This document shows positions 16,287 to 24,551 of a stretch of 60,591 nucleotides of DNA, one piece after another. Each line of letters begins with the position of its first letter. The stretch's first letter is position 1. The notes under the pieces are model-generated. The model had not been told where the DNA came from. It did no database searches and worked only from the letters and a program-made list of their open reading frames with translations. The DNA comes from Candidatus Nealsonbacteria bacterium RIFCSPLOWO2_01_FULL_43_32. GTDB lineage: Bacteria; Patescibacteriota; Minisyncoccia; Minisyncoccales; MHMH01. The translations under genes were made by a program, and so were the position numbers. The stretch covers positions 1 through 60,591 of the forward strand of contig MHMH01000006.1 of assembly GCA_001819335.1 (NCBI GenBank), given 5' to 3'.

Positions 16287-16985
16287 TTATGGGAGTCCGA
16301 CTCCCATATTTTTTAATAACTGCTGGACAGATTTAATATTTTTACTATAGTATTTTAACCAATTCATAAAAAATTCTCGATATTTTTCTGGAGTTTCAAA
16401 GAATCTAGATATAAAATTATTATCTATTAGTGAGGGAAAATTCTTGATACCAAGCCAATCTAAATGGCTTGACCATCGGTACTTATTTTCTAAAAAATCC
16501 ATAGCTCTCACAATCTCTGAATTATTCAGACCTGTTTTTTTCCAATCGGGCTTCCAAAGATCTAAAGGATTAGCGTGAATATAACAAATCAATTGAAGAG
16601 CTTGAGTATCATTAACAACGCGAACTTTTTTATATTTCCCCTGGAACAATACTCCGCTTCTTTTATATTTATTATTGAAAAAATTAGTAAAGCCTACTCC
16701 GAACTTTTTGTGATATTTTGATAAGCCATTATCTCTAATCGGGCATAGAAAAAAATGGTAATGGTTTGGCATTAGATTCCAGCATATTAAGTTTACTAGT
16801 TTCTGGCGTTGTTTTTCCAGAAGAAAAGAAGGCGGAGATTTATCAAACCGATAAGCAATATTAACGACATCATCAACGTCATTGAACTCATACGCGTCAT
16901 GAACAGCTCGAAGATAATCCGTATCTTCTAAAAATATCTTTCTTTTTTCTGTTCCTCGGTTATAAGTATGATAAAATTCTAGCAT
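16287..16985 (-). CDS. REP-associated tyrosine transposase-like (IS200/Y1 HUH) protein, paralog 1
   Basis: HUH motif MPNHYHFF and catalytic-Tyr motif CYIHANPL. Confidence 0.8.
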   Translation of the reverse strand: MLEFYHTYNRGTEKRKIFLEDTDYLRAVHDAYEFNDVDDVVNIAYRFDKSPPSFLLEKQRQKLVNLICWNLMPNHYHFFLCPIRDNGLSKYHKKFGVGFTNFFNNKYKRSGVLFQGKYKKVRVVNDTQALQLICYIHANPLDLWKPDWKKTGLNNSEIVRAMDFLENKYRWSSHLDWLGIKNFPSLIDNNFISRFFETPEKYREFFMNWLKYYSKNIKSVQQLLKNMGVGLP

Positions 16986-17032
16986 TATTTTATTATACTA
17001 AATCATTAGAATTATGGAAGTCCGACTCCCAT
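16289..17032 (-). mobile_element. RAYT/IS200-like unit 1: Y1 transposase gene bracketed by cognate hairpins
   Basis: ATGGGAGTC-C-GACTCCCAT at 16289-16307 and ATGGAAGTC-C-GACTCCCAT at 17014-17032. Confidence 0.7.
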
Positions 17033-17101
17033 AATTACTCCGAAGGAGGTAAGGCATCTCCCCTTATTCCCTCCCAAACGATTTTGTGCTAAGATAAAAA
17101 T

Positions 17102-18817
17102 ATGAAAATTGAGACCATCAGGCACTCCCTATCGCATTTGATGGCTTACGCCGTTCAGGAATTGTCCCCCAGCGCCAAGTTTGGCATAGGGCCGGCCATT
17201 GAAAACGGCTTTTATTATGATTTTCAGTTTGAAAAGCTCCTGGCTAACGAAGACCTGCCCAAAATTGAGGCTAGAATGAGAGAACTTATTAAACAGAACC
17301 TGGCTTTCAAGAAAAAAACCATTTCTAAAGTTGCAGCTAAAAAACTATTCAAGGGACAGCCATATAAGCTTGAATTGATTAAGGATTTGCCGGGCAGAAC
17401 CGTGACGGTTTATGAAACCGGCTCGTTCTTTGACCTTTGCGCAGGACCTCACGTCAAATCAACCCAAGAAATAACTCTGGATGGCTTTAAGCTGGCTAAA
17501 GTGGCGGGAGCTTATTGGAAAGGTTCGGAAAAAAACCAGATGCTCACCCGCATTTATGGATTCGCTTTCGAAACTAAAAAAGAGCTCGACGATTATCTGG
17601 CCATGCAGGCGGAAGCCGAAAAAAGAGACCACCGCATCTTGGGCCAGAAGCTCGGGCTGTTCATTTTCTCCGACCTGGTAGGCAAGGGCCTGCCCTTATT
17701 TACCGAAAAGGGTTCCATTATCAGAAGAGAGCTGGAGAGATTCGTGATTAATGAAGAAATCAAAAGAGGGTACATGCACGTTTACACCCCTGAGCTGGCC
17801 AAGGTGGCATTGTACAAAACCTCGGGGCATTATCCCTACTATAAAGAGTCCATGTACCCGGTCATGAAGATTGACGAAGAAGAATTTATTTTAAGACCCA
17901 TGACGTGCCCCCACCACTTCCAGCTTTATGCCAGCCAGCCCAGAAGCTATAAAGAATTGCCTTTCAGGGTGGCGGAACTGGCCAAACAATTCAGATACGA
18001 AAAATCGGGCGAATTAACCGGCCTCATCAGGGTCAGGGTTTTTTGCTTGGCCGATGCACATATTATTTGCCAAAAAGACGCAGCGCTCAACGAAATCAAG
18101 GAAGTGTTTGACCTGATTGAATATGTAGCCCAGAGATTGGGGCTGAAAGTCGGGGTTGACTACCGGTACAGGCTCTCTCTGGGCGACAGAAAAGACGGCA
18201 AAAAATATTATAAAGACGACGCAGCTTGGGCATCCGCCGAAAATATTTTAAGAAAGGTGCTGGTTGAGAGAAAATCTCCTTTTTTTGAAGCTAAGAACGA
18301 GGCGGCTTTCTACGGTCCGAAAATCGACGTCCAGATGAAAAACTTTAGCGGCAAGGAAGAGACTGCTTTCACCATCCAATACGATTTTGTCATGCCCAAA
18401 CGCTTCAAGCTTACCTATGTGGATAAAGACGGTCAGGAAAAAGAACCGGTGGTCATCCACCGCTCGTCCATCGGCGCCATTGAAAGGACCATAGCTTTCC
18501 TTTTAGAGCATTACGCCGGCGCACTGCCTTTCTGGCTTTCGCCCGTCCAAGTCTGCGTTATTCCCATCGCCGACCGGCATCTGCCTTACGCTCAAAAGAT
18601 CAAAAATGAACTGGAAGGCTTCCGGGTGGAAATCAGCCAAGAAAATGAAACTCTTGCCAAAAGAATCAGGGAGGCTGAAATGCAAAAAATTCCGTACATC
18701 TTGGTAGTCGGCGACAAAGAGATAGCGCACAACGCGGTCGGCGTAAGAGTCAGGGGCAAAGGCGATGTCGGCACCATGACTTTAGATGAATTTATTAAAA
18801 AATATGCAAGAACCTAA
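17102..18817 (+). CDS. thrS: Threonyl-tRNA synthetase (no N-terminal TGS domain)
   Basis: Starts at the editing-domain HxxxH region (RHSLSHLMA). Class II core and anticodon-binding domain. 571 aa. Confidence 0.9.
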   Translation: MKIETIRHSLSHLMAYAVQELSPSAKFGIGPAIENGFYYDFQFEKLLANEDLPKIEARMRELIKQNLAFKKKTISKVAAKKLFKGQPYKLELIKDLPGRTVTVYETGSFFDLCAGPHVKSTQEITLDGFKLAKVAGAYWKGSEKNQMLTRIYGFAFETKKELDDYLAMQAEAEKRDHRILGQKLGLFIFSDLVGKGLPLFTEKGSIIRRELERFVINEEIKRGYMHVYTPELAKVALYKTSGHYPYYKESMYPVMKIDEEEFILRPMTCPHHFQLYASQPRSYKELPFRVAELAKQFRYEKSGELTGLIRVRVFCLADAHIICQKDAALNEIKEVFDLIEYVAQRLGLKVGVDYRYRLSLGDRKDGKKYYKDDAAWASAENILRKVLVERKSPFFEAKNEAAFYGPKIDVQMKNFSGKEETAFTIQYDFVMPKRFKLTYVDKDGQEKEPVVIHRSSIGAIERTIAFLLEHYAGALPFWLSPVQVCVIPIADRHLPYAQKIKNELEGFRVEISQENETLAKRIREAEMQKIPYILVVGDKEIAHNAVGVRVRGKGDVGTMTLDEFIKKYART

Positions 18818-20375
18818 CCCATTAACTCAAAAACTTATTTCAGAATACCGAGATTGGTACGAAACCCTCCAGCCCAAAGAAGGTGAGGCCAAAATTAAGG
18901 TTGACGAGGTGGTCAGCAAAGTCGCTTCTTTTTATGAAAAGGTCAGGGGTGTAATTGATTGGCGGGAAGAACATCTCTTAAGGAAAACGGCCGTTGAGAG
19001 AACCTTGAAAAGAAGATTATTCTTAAAGAAAAGCGGTGAAGAGATTGCCGAACCACTCGTCCAGGAATTGATTCGGGGCGGGCACTTCCCCAACGATGCC
19101 ATTCCCGAAAAGAAAATTGCGGAGATTCAGAAAGTGATTAATAAGTATATTTTTATCATTGAAAATGCGCCAATAAAAATCCAGCTCAACGACTGGCTTT
19201 TGGGCATTGCCGCCTGCGAAGTCGAAGAAACCTTGGCTCCGCCCCTGAAAGAGAAAGCTTTGATGGATTATATGAGAGAACTGATGGCAACCAGCATTGA
19301 AGTTAAAGAAAAAATCTCAGAAGAAGAAGAAAATGTTCAAATTGATATCGCTATCCAGCAAGCTCTTTTCAAACTTGATGCCCCGGTCATCAGCTATCAT
19401 CTTTTAGAAAAATGGTTTCCTCAATGGCCCGATCTGCCTCAAGAAAAGTTAAGCGAGATTACTCAAAATATTCGTGCTCTTTATAATAAAATCGAAAATG
19501 CATTAAAGCATCCCCTGGCCGAAAAATTTTATAACATCTGTGAAAGATACGATACGCCTTATCTTATTCTGGGCGATATCATTACCCAAGGTCCTCCCCG
19601 AACGTTATTGGATGATTTCAAAAACCCTGAAACCTTAGAAGGTAAAGTCAGGGAAGCTTACAATGGAAGATTAAAAAAAGTCAAGGCGAGAATGGGCCGG
19701 GCGGCTTTCTACAGCACTCTTTCCATTTTCATCACTAAAATGCTGGTAGCTTTTGCGATAGAAATACCCTTTGATAAATATATCACTCACGAATTCAGTT
19801 ATTTTACTTCGGGTCTTAATATCCTCATCCCTCCTCTTTTAATGTTTTTTCTGGTTTTAAGCATTCGGCCGCCGTCAAAAAACAACGCTGAATTGGTCGT
19901 GATGGAGGTAATGAAGATAGTCTATCAAAAGGAGAGAAAGGGTATTTATGAAATTAAATTAGCTTCTCCTCGGGGCTTTATCCTCAACGCCATCATTGTG
20001 CTGATTTATCTTTTGAGCTTTGTTGGCTCTTTCGGTTTAATTATCTGGGGCTTGAAAAAATTAAACTTCAGCTTGCTTTCCATTATCATCTTTCTGGTAT
20101 TCTCTTCTTTAATCTCATTTGCCGGCGTGAAGATACGCCAACGGGCCAAAGAATTAGTCGTGGAAAAAGAGAAGGAAGGTTTCTTGCGCACCTTTTTCGA
20201 CCTTTTCTCTTTGCCGATTATTCAAGTGGGCAAATGGCTTTCCAACCAATGGACAAAGTATAATGCCGTAGCGGTCCTCTTCAACTCGCTCCTGGATATG
20301 CCCTTTCAGGTATTCATGGAATTTCTAGAACAGTGGAGATTATTCTTAAAAGAAAAAAAAGAAAAAATACATTAA
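18786..20375 (+). CDS. Hypothetical membrane protein (soluble N-terminal half, 4-5 C-terminal TM helices)
   Basis: Long ORF overlapping thrS by 32 nt. No recognisable family. Confidence 0.55.
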   Translation: MNLLKNMQEPNPLTQKLISEYRDWYETLQPKEGEAKIKVDEVVSKVASFYEKVRGVIDWREEHLLRKTAVERTLKRRLFLKKSGEEIAEPLVQELIRGGHFPNDAIPEKKIAEIQKVINKYIFIIENAPIKIQLNDWLLGIAACEVEETLAPPLKEKALMDYMRELMATSIEVKEKISEEEENVQIDIAIQQALFKLDAPVISYHLLEKWFPQWPDLPQEKLSEITQNIRALYNKIENALKHPLAEKFYNICERYDTPYLILGDIITQGPPRTLLDDFKNPETLEGKVREAYNGRLKKVKARMGRAAFYSTLSIFITKMLVAFAIEIPFDKYITHEFSYFTSGLNILIPPLLMFFLVLSIRPPSKNNAELVVMEVMKIVYQKERKGIYEIKLASPRGFILNAIIVLIYLLSFVGSFGLIIWGLKKLNFSLLSIIIFLVFSSLISFAGVKIRQRAKELVVEKEKEGFLRTFFDLFSLPIIQVGKWLSNQWTKYNAVAVLFNSLLDMPFQVFMEFLEQWRLFLKEKKEKIH

Positions 20376-20422
20376 TTAATAAAGGTCGAACAATCAGATA
20401 TCAACCATTGACAAAATTTATC

Positions 20423-21685
20423 ATGAAAATATTAAAATCGATCATCTTGAGTATTTGTTTATTGTTTGCTTTCGGCATTGTTTCAGCCGAAGAAACAAGC
20501 AACGGCGCTCAAGCCGTCGCGCTTGACGAGAACGTCACGGCTCAAGACCTGGGCGTTCAGGAGCCCACTGTTTTACCCGACAGCCCCTTCTACTTCTTTA
20601 AAAACTTGGGCAGGGAGATCCAAAGCGCCCTAACCTTTAACCCAATCAGAAAAGCCGAATTGAGAGAAAAATTTGCCAACGAAAAACTAATCGAGCTGAA
20701 GAAAGTAAGCGAGAAGACCAGAAACCCTCAAGCGGTTGAAAAAGCAACCGAGAATTACCAAAAAGAACTTGCCAGAGCAAAGGATGCCGCAGAAAAAATA
20801 AAAGACACGACTGAACAAAACCCCGAAGTAGGCACGTTCCTGGACAAGTTTATCCAACAATCAACCCTTCACGAACGAATTCTGGAAAAATTGGAAACTC
20901 AAGTGAGCACCACCACCCTGGCTAAAATACAGGAAGTAAGAGCGCAGCATCTTGAAAAATTCGGGGAAGTTATGAACCGCTTAGAAACCAATAAGGAAGA
21001 ACTGCAGGAAAGACTGGAAAACAATTTAGAAAAAGTGCAGGGAAGTGAATTCAAGGATTTCAAAAACCTGGAAATGCTTAAAGCTCTGGAAGGAAAAGTG
21101 CCTGAAGCCGCCAAAGAAGCCATCCAGCAAGCCCAGGAAAACGCTTTAAAAAGATTAAAGGGTGACTTAGAAAGTATGTCTTCCGAAAACCAAACGAAAT
21201 TCCAGGATTATATTGAACAAATCAACGGAAAGAAAGAAAGACAGTTGGAGATTTTGGATAGTTTAAAAACCGAACTGCAAAGCAATGCGCCGGCGATCCA
21301 AAAGCTTCTCCAGACAAGGGAAAAAATGATTGAACAGGTGAAAGACGAGGCCGAAACCGAAGCTTGCCCGCAGATAGCCAAGCCCGCCTCAACCTTCTGC
21401 CCGAACGGCCGAATCATTATTAAAAAAGATGAAAAGGGTTGCATTGCCGCTTTCAATTGCGTTATACCAGCTGAAACCAATGTCACCCCAGGAGGTACGC
21501 AAGCCTGCGTGGCTTTATGGGACCCGGTCTGCGGTCAGGACGGCAAAACCTACAGCAACGCCTGCTTCGCCAAACTTGCCGGCACAGCTATAGCTCACGA
21601 CGATGCGTGCAAGTCCCTGGAAACCGGCAACTCTCCTCAAATCAGGGAACAGATCAAAAGCTTGGTGCCGAAATTAACGCCCTAA
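20423..21685 (+). CDS. Secreted coiled-coil protein with a C-terminal Kazal-type domain
   Basis: Signal peptide MKILKSIILSICLLFAFGIVSA (start moved to 20423). Long Glu/Lys helical region. CVALWDPVCGQDGKTYSNACFAKLAG...C motif. Confidence 0.75.
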   Translation: MKILKSIILSICLLFAFGIVSAEETSNGAQAVALDENVTAQDLGVQEPTVLPDSPFYFFKNLGREIQSALTFNPIRKAELREKFANEKLIELKKVSEKTRNPQAVEKATENYQKELARAKDAAEKIKDTTEQNPEVGTFLDKFIQQSTLHERILEKLETQVSTTTLAKIQEVRAQHLEKFGEVMNRLETNKEELQERLENNLEKVQGSEFKDFKNLEMLKALEGKVPEAAKEAIQQAQENALKRLKGDLESMSSENQTKFQDYIEQINGKKERQLEILDSLKTELQSNAPAIQKLLQTREKMIEQVKDEAETEACPQIAKPASTFCPNGRIIIKKDEKGCIAAFNCVIPAETNVTPGGTQACVALWDPVCGQDGKTYSNACFAKLAGTAIAHDDACKSLETGNSPQIREQIKSLVPKLTP

Positions 21686-21701
21686 GAAAGAAATGACGAA
21701 C

Positions 21702-21735
21702 GGAAAACGGCTTGAAAAAGCCGTTTTCCTATTGT
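21702..21735 (+). terminator. Intrinsic terminator after the Kazal gene
   Basis: Perfect 12-bp stem GGAAAACGGCTT-GAAA-AAGCCGTTTTCC. Confidence 0.6.
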
Positions 21736-21748
21736 AAAATAAGAAATT

Positions 21749-22735
21749 ATGAGATACCACCTCATCACCTACGGCTGCCAAATGAATCAAGCAGATTCAG
21801 AAAAGATAGCAGCGAGCCTGGAAAAGAAAGGATATAAAAAAGCCCGCCTAGGGCGGGCTGATTTGATTGTGGTTAATATGTGCTCGGTCAGACAGTCAGC
21901 CGCTGATAGAGTTTTTGGTTTAAACCAAAAACTCTCCAAGCTCAAATCTCAAAATTCAAATCTCAAAATTATCTTAACGGGTTGTGTCTTAAAAAAAGAT
22001 AGAGAAAAGTTTAGGAAATTTTTTGATGAAATAAAAAAGATGCCACAGCGTAATTGTCCTTCGGCCTTGATTCCTATTTCCCACGGCTGCAATAACTTCT
22101 GTACTTATTGCGTCGTGCCTTTGGCTAGAGGAAAATTAGTCTGCTTGAGCCACCAAATAGTCTTAAAAGAAGTTAAAAAAGCGGCCGAAGCCGGCTTCAA
22201 AGAGATTTGGCTTTTAGGCCAGAACGTCAACGACTATCAATCCCCGGCTGACGCTTCCATTAACTTTGCCAAACTTTTAAAAATGGCCAATGATATTCCC
22301 GGGGATTTTTCCATCCGCTTTATGTCTCCCCATCCCAGAAACTTCACCGATGAATTGATTAGCGTCATGGCTGAATCTGAAAAAGTGGCTAAATATCTTA
22401 ATCTGCCGGTCCAATCTGGAGACAGCAGGATTTTGAAGAAGATGCGACGCCCCTACACCATGAAACAGTACAAAGATTTAGTCGGAAAAATCAGAAAGAA
22501 AATCCCCAATATCAACCTCTCAACCGATGTCATCGTCGGCTTCCCCGGAGAAACCAGAAACCAGTTTAAAAACACGACTAAACTATTTAAAGAGATAAAG
22601 TTTGATATCGCTTACGTCGCCAAGTACTCTCCCCGGCCCGGCACCGCCGCCTTCAGGCTGAAAGATAACGTCGCTCCTGATGAAAAGAAAAGAAGGGAGA
22701 AAATTTTAAGAAAACTTACCAAACATCCCTCTTAA
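21749..22735 (+). CDS. miaB: MiaB-family radical-SAM methylthiotransferase lacking the TRAM domain
   Basis: N-terminal Cys triad (YGCQMN, NMCSVR, LTGC). Radical SAM CNNFCTYC. 328 aa, ending before any TRAM domain. Confidence 0.8.
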   Translation: MRYHLITYGCQMNQADSEKIAASLEKKGYKKARLGRADLIVVNMCSVRQSAADRVFGLNQKLSKLKSQNSNLKIILTGCVLKKDREKFRKFFDEIKKMPQRNCPSALIPISHGCNNFCTYCVVPLARGKLVCLSHQIVLKEVKKAAEAGFKEIWLLGQNVNDYQSPADASINFAKLLKMANDIPGDFSIRFMSPHPRNFTDELISVMAESEKVAKYLNLPVQSGDSRILKKMRRPYTMKQYKDLVGKIRKKIPNINLSTDVIVGFPGETRNQFKNTTKLFKEIKFDIAYVAKYSPRPGTAAFRLKDNVAPDEKKRREKILRKLTKHPS

Positions 22736-22781
22736 AAAACGTTCGAAACGTTCGAACAAACTTATGTTCTGCCATAATTTG

Positions 22782-22791
22782 TGCGATCGCA
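22782..22791. promoter_or_regulatory. 10-bp perfect palindrome TGCGATCGCA (copy 1)
   Basis: Lies about 23 nt upstream of the likely ATG (22814) of the PaaX-like gene. Identical 12-mer GTGCGATCGCAT at 23379-23390. Confidence 0.45.
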
Positions 22792-22813
22792 TAAAATCTG
22801 TCATAATGCAGAA

Positions 22814-23370
22814 ATGGAAAATAATACCTTAGGGCAAAAAGTTTTGCTTATTTTATATGCAGGGGTCGCCCTGGGCTTTACTTATAGTCCATCGCGACAA
22901 CGTAAAATTCTAACAGCCGCAGAAAAAGAATGGCGAAAAATTAATAAAGAAAATCTGAAAAAGAGATTAGAAATCTTTATAGATCAAAACTAATCGAGGT
23001 CAAAGAAAACCTCGACGGCACTCTGACTTACACACTAAGCGACAAGGGTAAGATTAGAGCTCTTACCTATCGTTTCCAAGAAATGAAAATAAAAGAAAAT
23101 CTCTGGGATGGCAAATGGCGGACGGTTATTTTTGATATCCCCGAAAAACTTAAAAGTGCCAGAAATGCCTTACGAGACAAATTAAAAGAGGTGGGATTTC
23201 ACGAACTTCAAAAAAGCGTCTTTGTCTTTCCCTACGAATGTAAAGACGAAATTGATTTTATTATTGAGTTTTTTAATCTTAGACAATATGTACGATACGG
23301 AATTTTTGATTTTATTGACAACGACCTTCATTTAAGAAAAACTTTTAATCTAACTTTAAATAAGATGTGA
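22814..23370 (+). pseudogene. PaaX-like / Cas2-fold wHTH regulator gene split by a -1 frameshift
   Basis: The N-terminal fragment ends at 22993. The C-terminal frame is open from 22960 and reads KEIRNLYRSKLIEVKENLDG...WDGKWRTVIFDIPE. The switch point is at CTGAAAAAG (22955-63). Confidence 0.55.
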
Positions 23371-23379
23371 CAAGGTTCG

Positions 23380-23389
23380 TGCGATCGCA
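23380..23389. promoter_or_regulatory. 10-bp perfect palindrome TGCGATCGCA (copy 2)
   Basis: Lies about 20 nt upstream of the likely miaA ATG (23409). Confidence 0.45.
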
Positions 23390-23408
23390 TCATTTTGGGC
23401 ATATTTAT

Positions 23409-24329
23409 ATGAAAAAATACGGACCGAAATTAGTTGTGATTTTGGGGCCGACGGCCTCGGGTAAATCGGCACTGGCCGTTAAAATCGCCAAAAGATTCAA
23501 CGGCGAGGTGATTTCGGCTGATTCCAGACAGGTTTATCAGGGCATGGACATTGGCACGGGCAAAATCACCCAGAAAGAAATGCAAGGCATTCCCCATCAT
23601 CTTTTGGACGTGGTTTCGGCCAAAAGAATCTTTACGGTTACTCAATATCGGGCATTAGCCTTAAAAGCCATCGAGAGAATCATGAAAAAGGGTAAAATAC
23701 CGATTTTATGCGGCGGCACTGGGTTTTACATCCAGACAGTGGTTGAGGGCATTATTATCCCTAGGGTTAAACCCGATTGGCGGCTAAGAGGAAAACTCCA
23801 AAAAAAAACAGTGGAAGAGCTTTACCAAATGCTCCAAAAATTAGATCCGAGACGGGCGGGAAACATTGATAAAAATAATCCAAGACGGCTCATTAGAGCA
23901 ATCGAGATAGTGACAAAGACGAAAAATCCTGTCCCCCGCCTTCGCCGAGGCTACGGCGGGCAAGCCTATCCTGTTTTGATGATCGGTATTAAAAAAGAAA
24001 AAGAAGAACTTAAAAAATTAATAGCAACGCGGCTTCTAAAAAGATTAAAAGGGGGAATGGTTGAGGAGGCAAAGAAACTCCATCGCCATGGGATTTCCTG
24101 GAAAAGAATGGAAGAATTCGGTTTGGAATATCGTTATCTCGCCCGCTATCTCCAGGGTAAATTAACTTATGAAAAAATAGAGAAAACCCTCCAAAAAGAA
24201 AGCGAACATTACGCCAAGCGCCAGATGACCTGGTTCAAGCGCGACGAGAGAATCCGCTGGATAAATAACCAAAAAGAGGCGGAAAAATTGGCGAAAGGAT
24301 TCTTAAAAAATAATGAAGGGAGAGATTAA
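23409..24329 (+). CDS. miaA: tRNA dimethylallyltransferase
   Basis: P-loop ILGPTASGKSAL and DSRQVYQGMDIGTGK. Start moved to the Met before the P-loop. Confidence 0.9.
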   Translation: MKKYGPKLVVILGPTASGKSALAVKIAKRFNGEVISADSRQVYQGMDIGTGKITQKEMQGIPHHLLDVVSAKRIFTVTQYRALALKAIERIMKKGKIPILCGGTGFYIQTVVEGIIIPRVKPDWRLRGKLQKKTVEELYQMLQKLDPRRAGNIDKNNPRRLIRAIEIVTKTKNPVPRLRRGYGGQAYPVLMIGIKKEKEELKKLIATRLLKRLKGGMVEEAKKLHRHGISWKRMEEFGLEYRYLARYLQGKLTYEKIEKTLQKESEHYAKRQMTWFKRDERIRWINNQKEAEKLAKGFLKNNEGRD

Positions 24330-24350
24330 TAGGTCTCTCCCTTCTTTTTT
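24318..24350 (+). terminator. Intrinsic terminator of miaA
   Basis: GGGAGAGA-N8-TCTCTCCC followed by TTCTTTTTT. The stem overlaps the last codons. Confidence 0.7.
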
Positions 24351-24368
24351 GGATTTGCCAAAGGTCCT

Positions 24369-24521
24369 CTAGTTGAGTGATATGTCAGTGTTGACGCCGG
24401 CAACCACCAATAAGCCCTTTGTCCCCTGGTCTTGAAGCAAAAGAAACTGAATCCATTTCTCTTTTACTTCCTCTTGCTCTTGAATCGAGCGCTTTTTCTT
24501 TCGGAAGGGTACTACCTTCAC
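24369..24521 (-). CDS. Candidate 50-aa small ORF downstream of gatB
   Basis: AAAGGAGG SD 5 nt before a GTG start. No similarity recognised. Confidence 0.3.
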   Translation of the reverse strand: MKVVPFRKKKRSIQEQEEVKEKWIQFLLLQDQGTKGLLVVAGVNTDISLN

Positions 24522-24551
24522 CTTGTCCTCCTTTCGATATATATTATTTGC

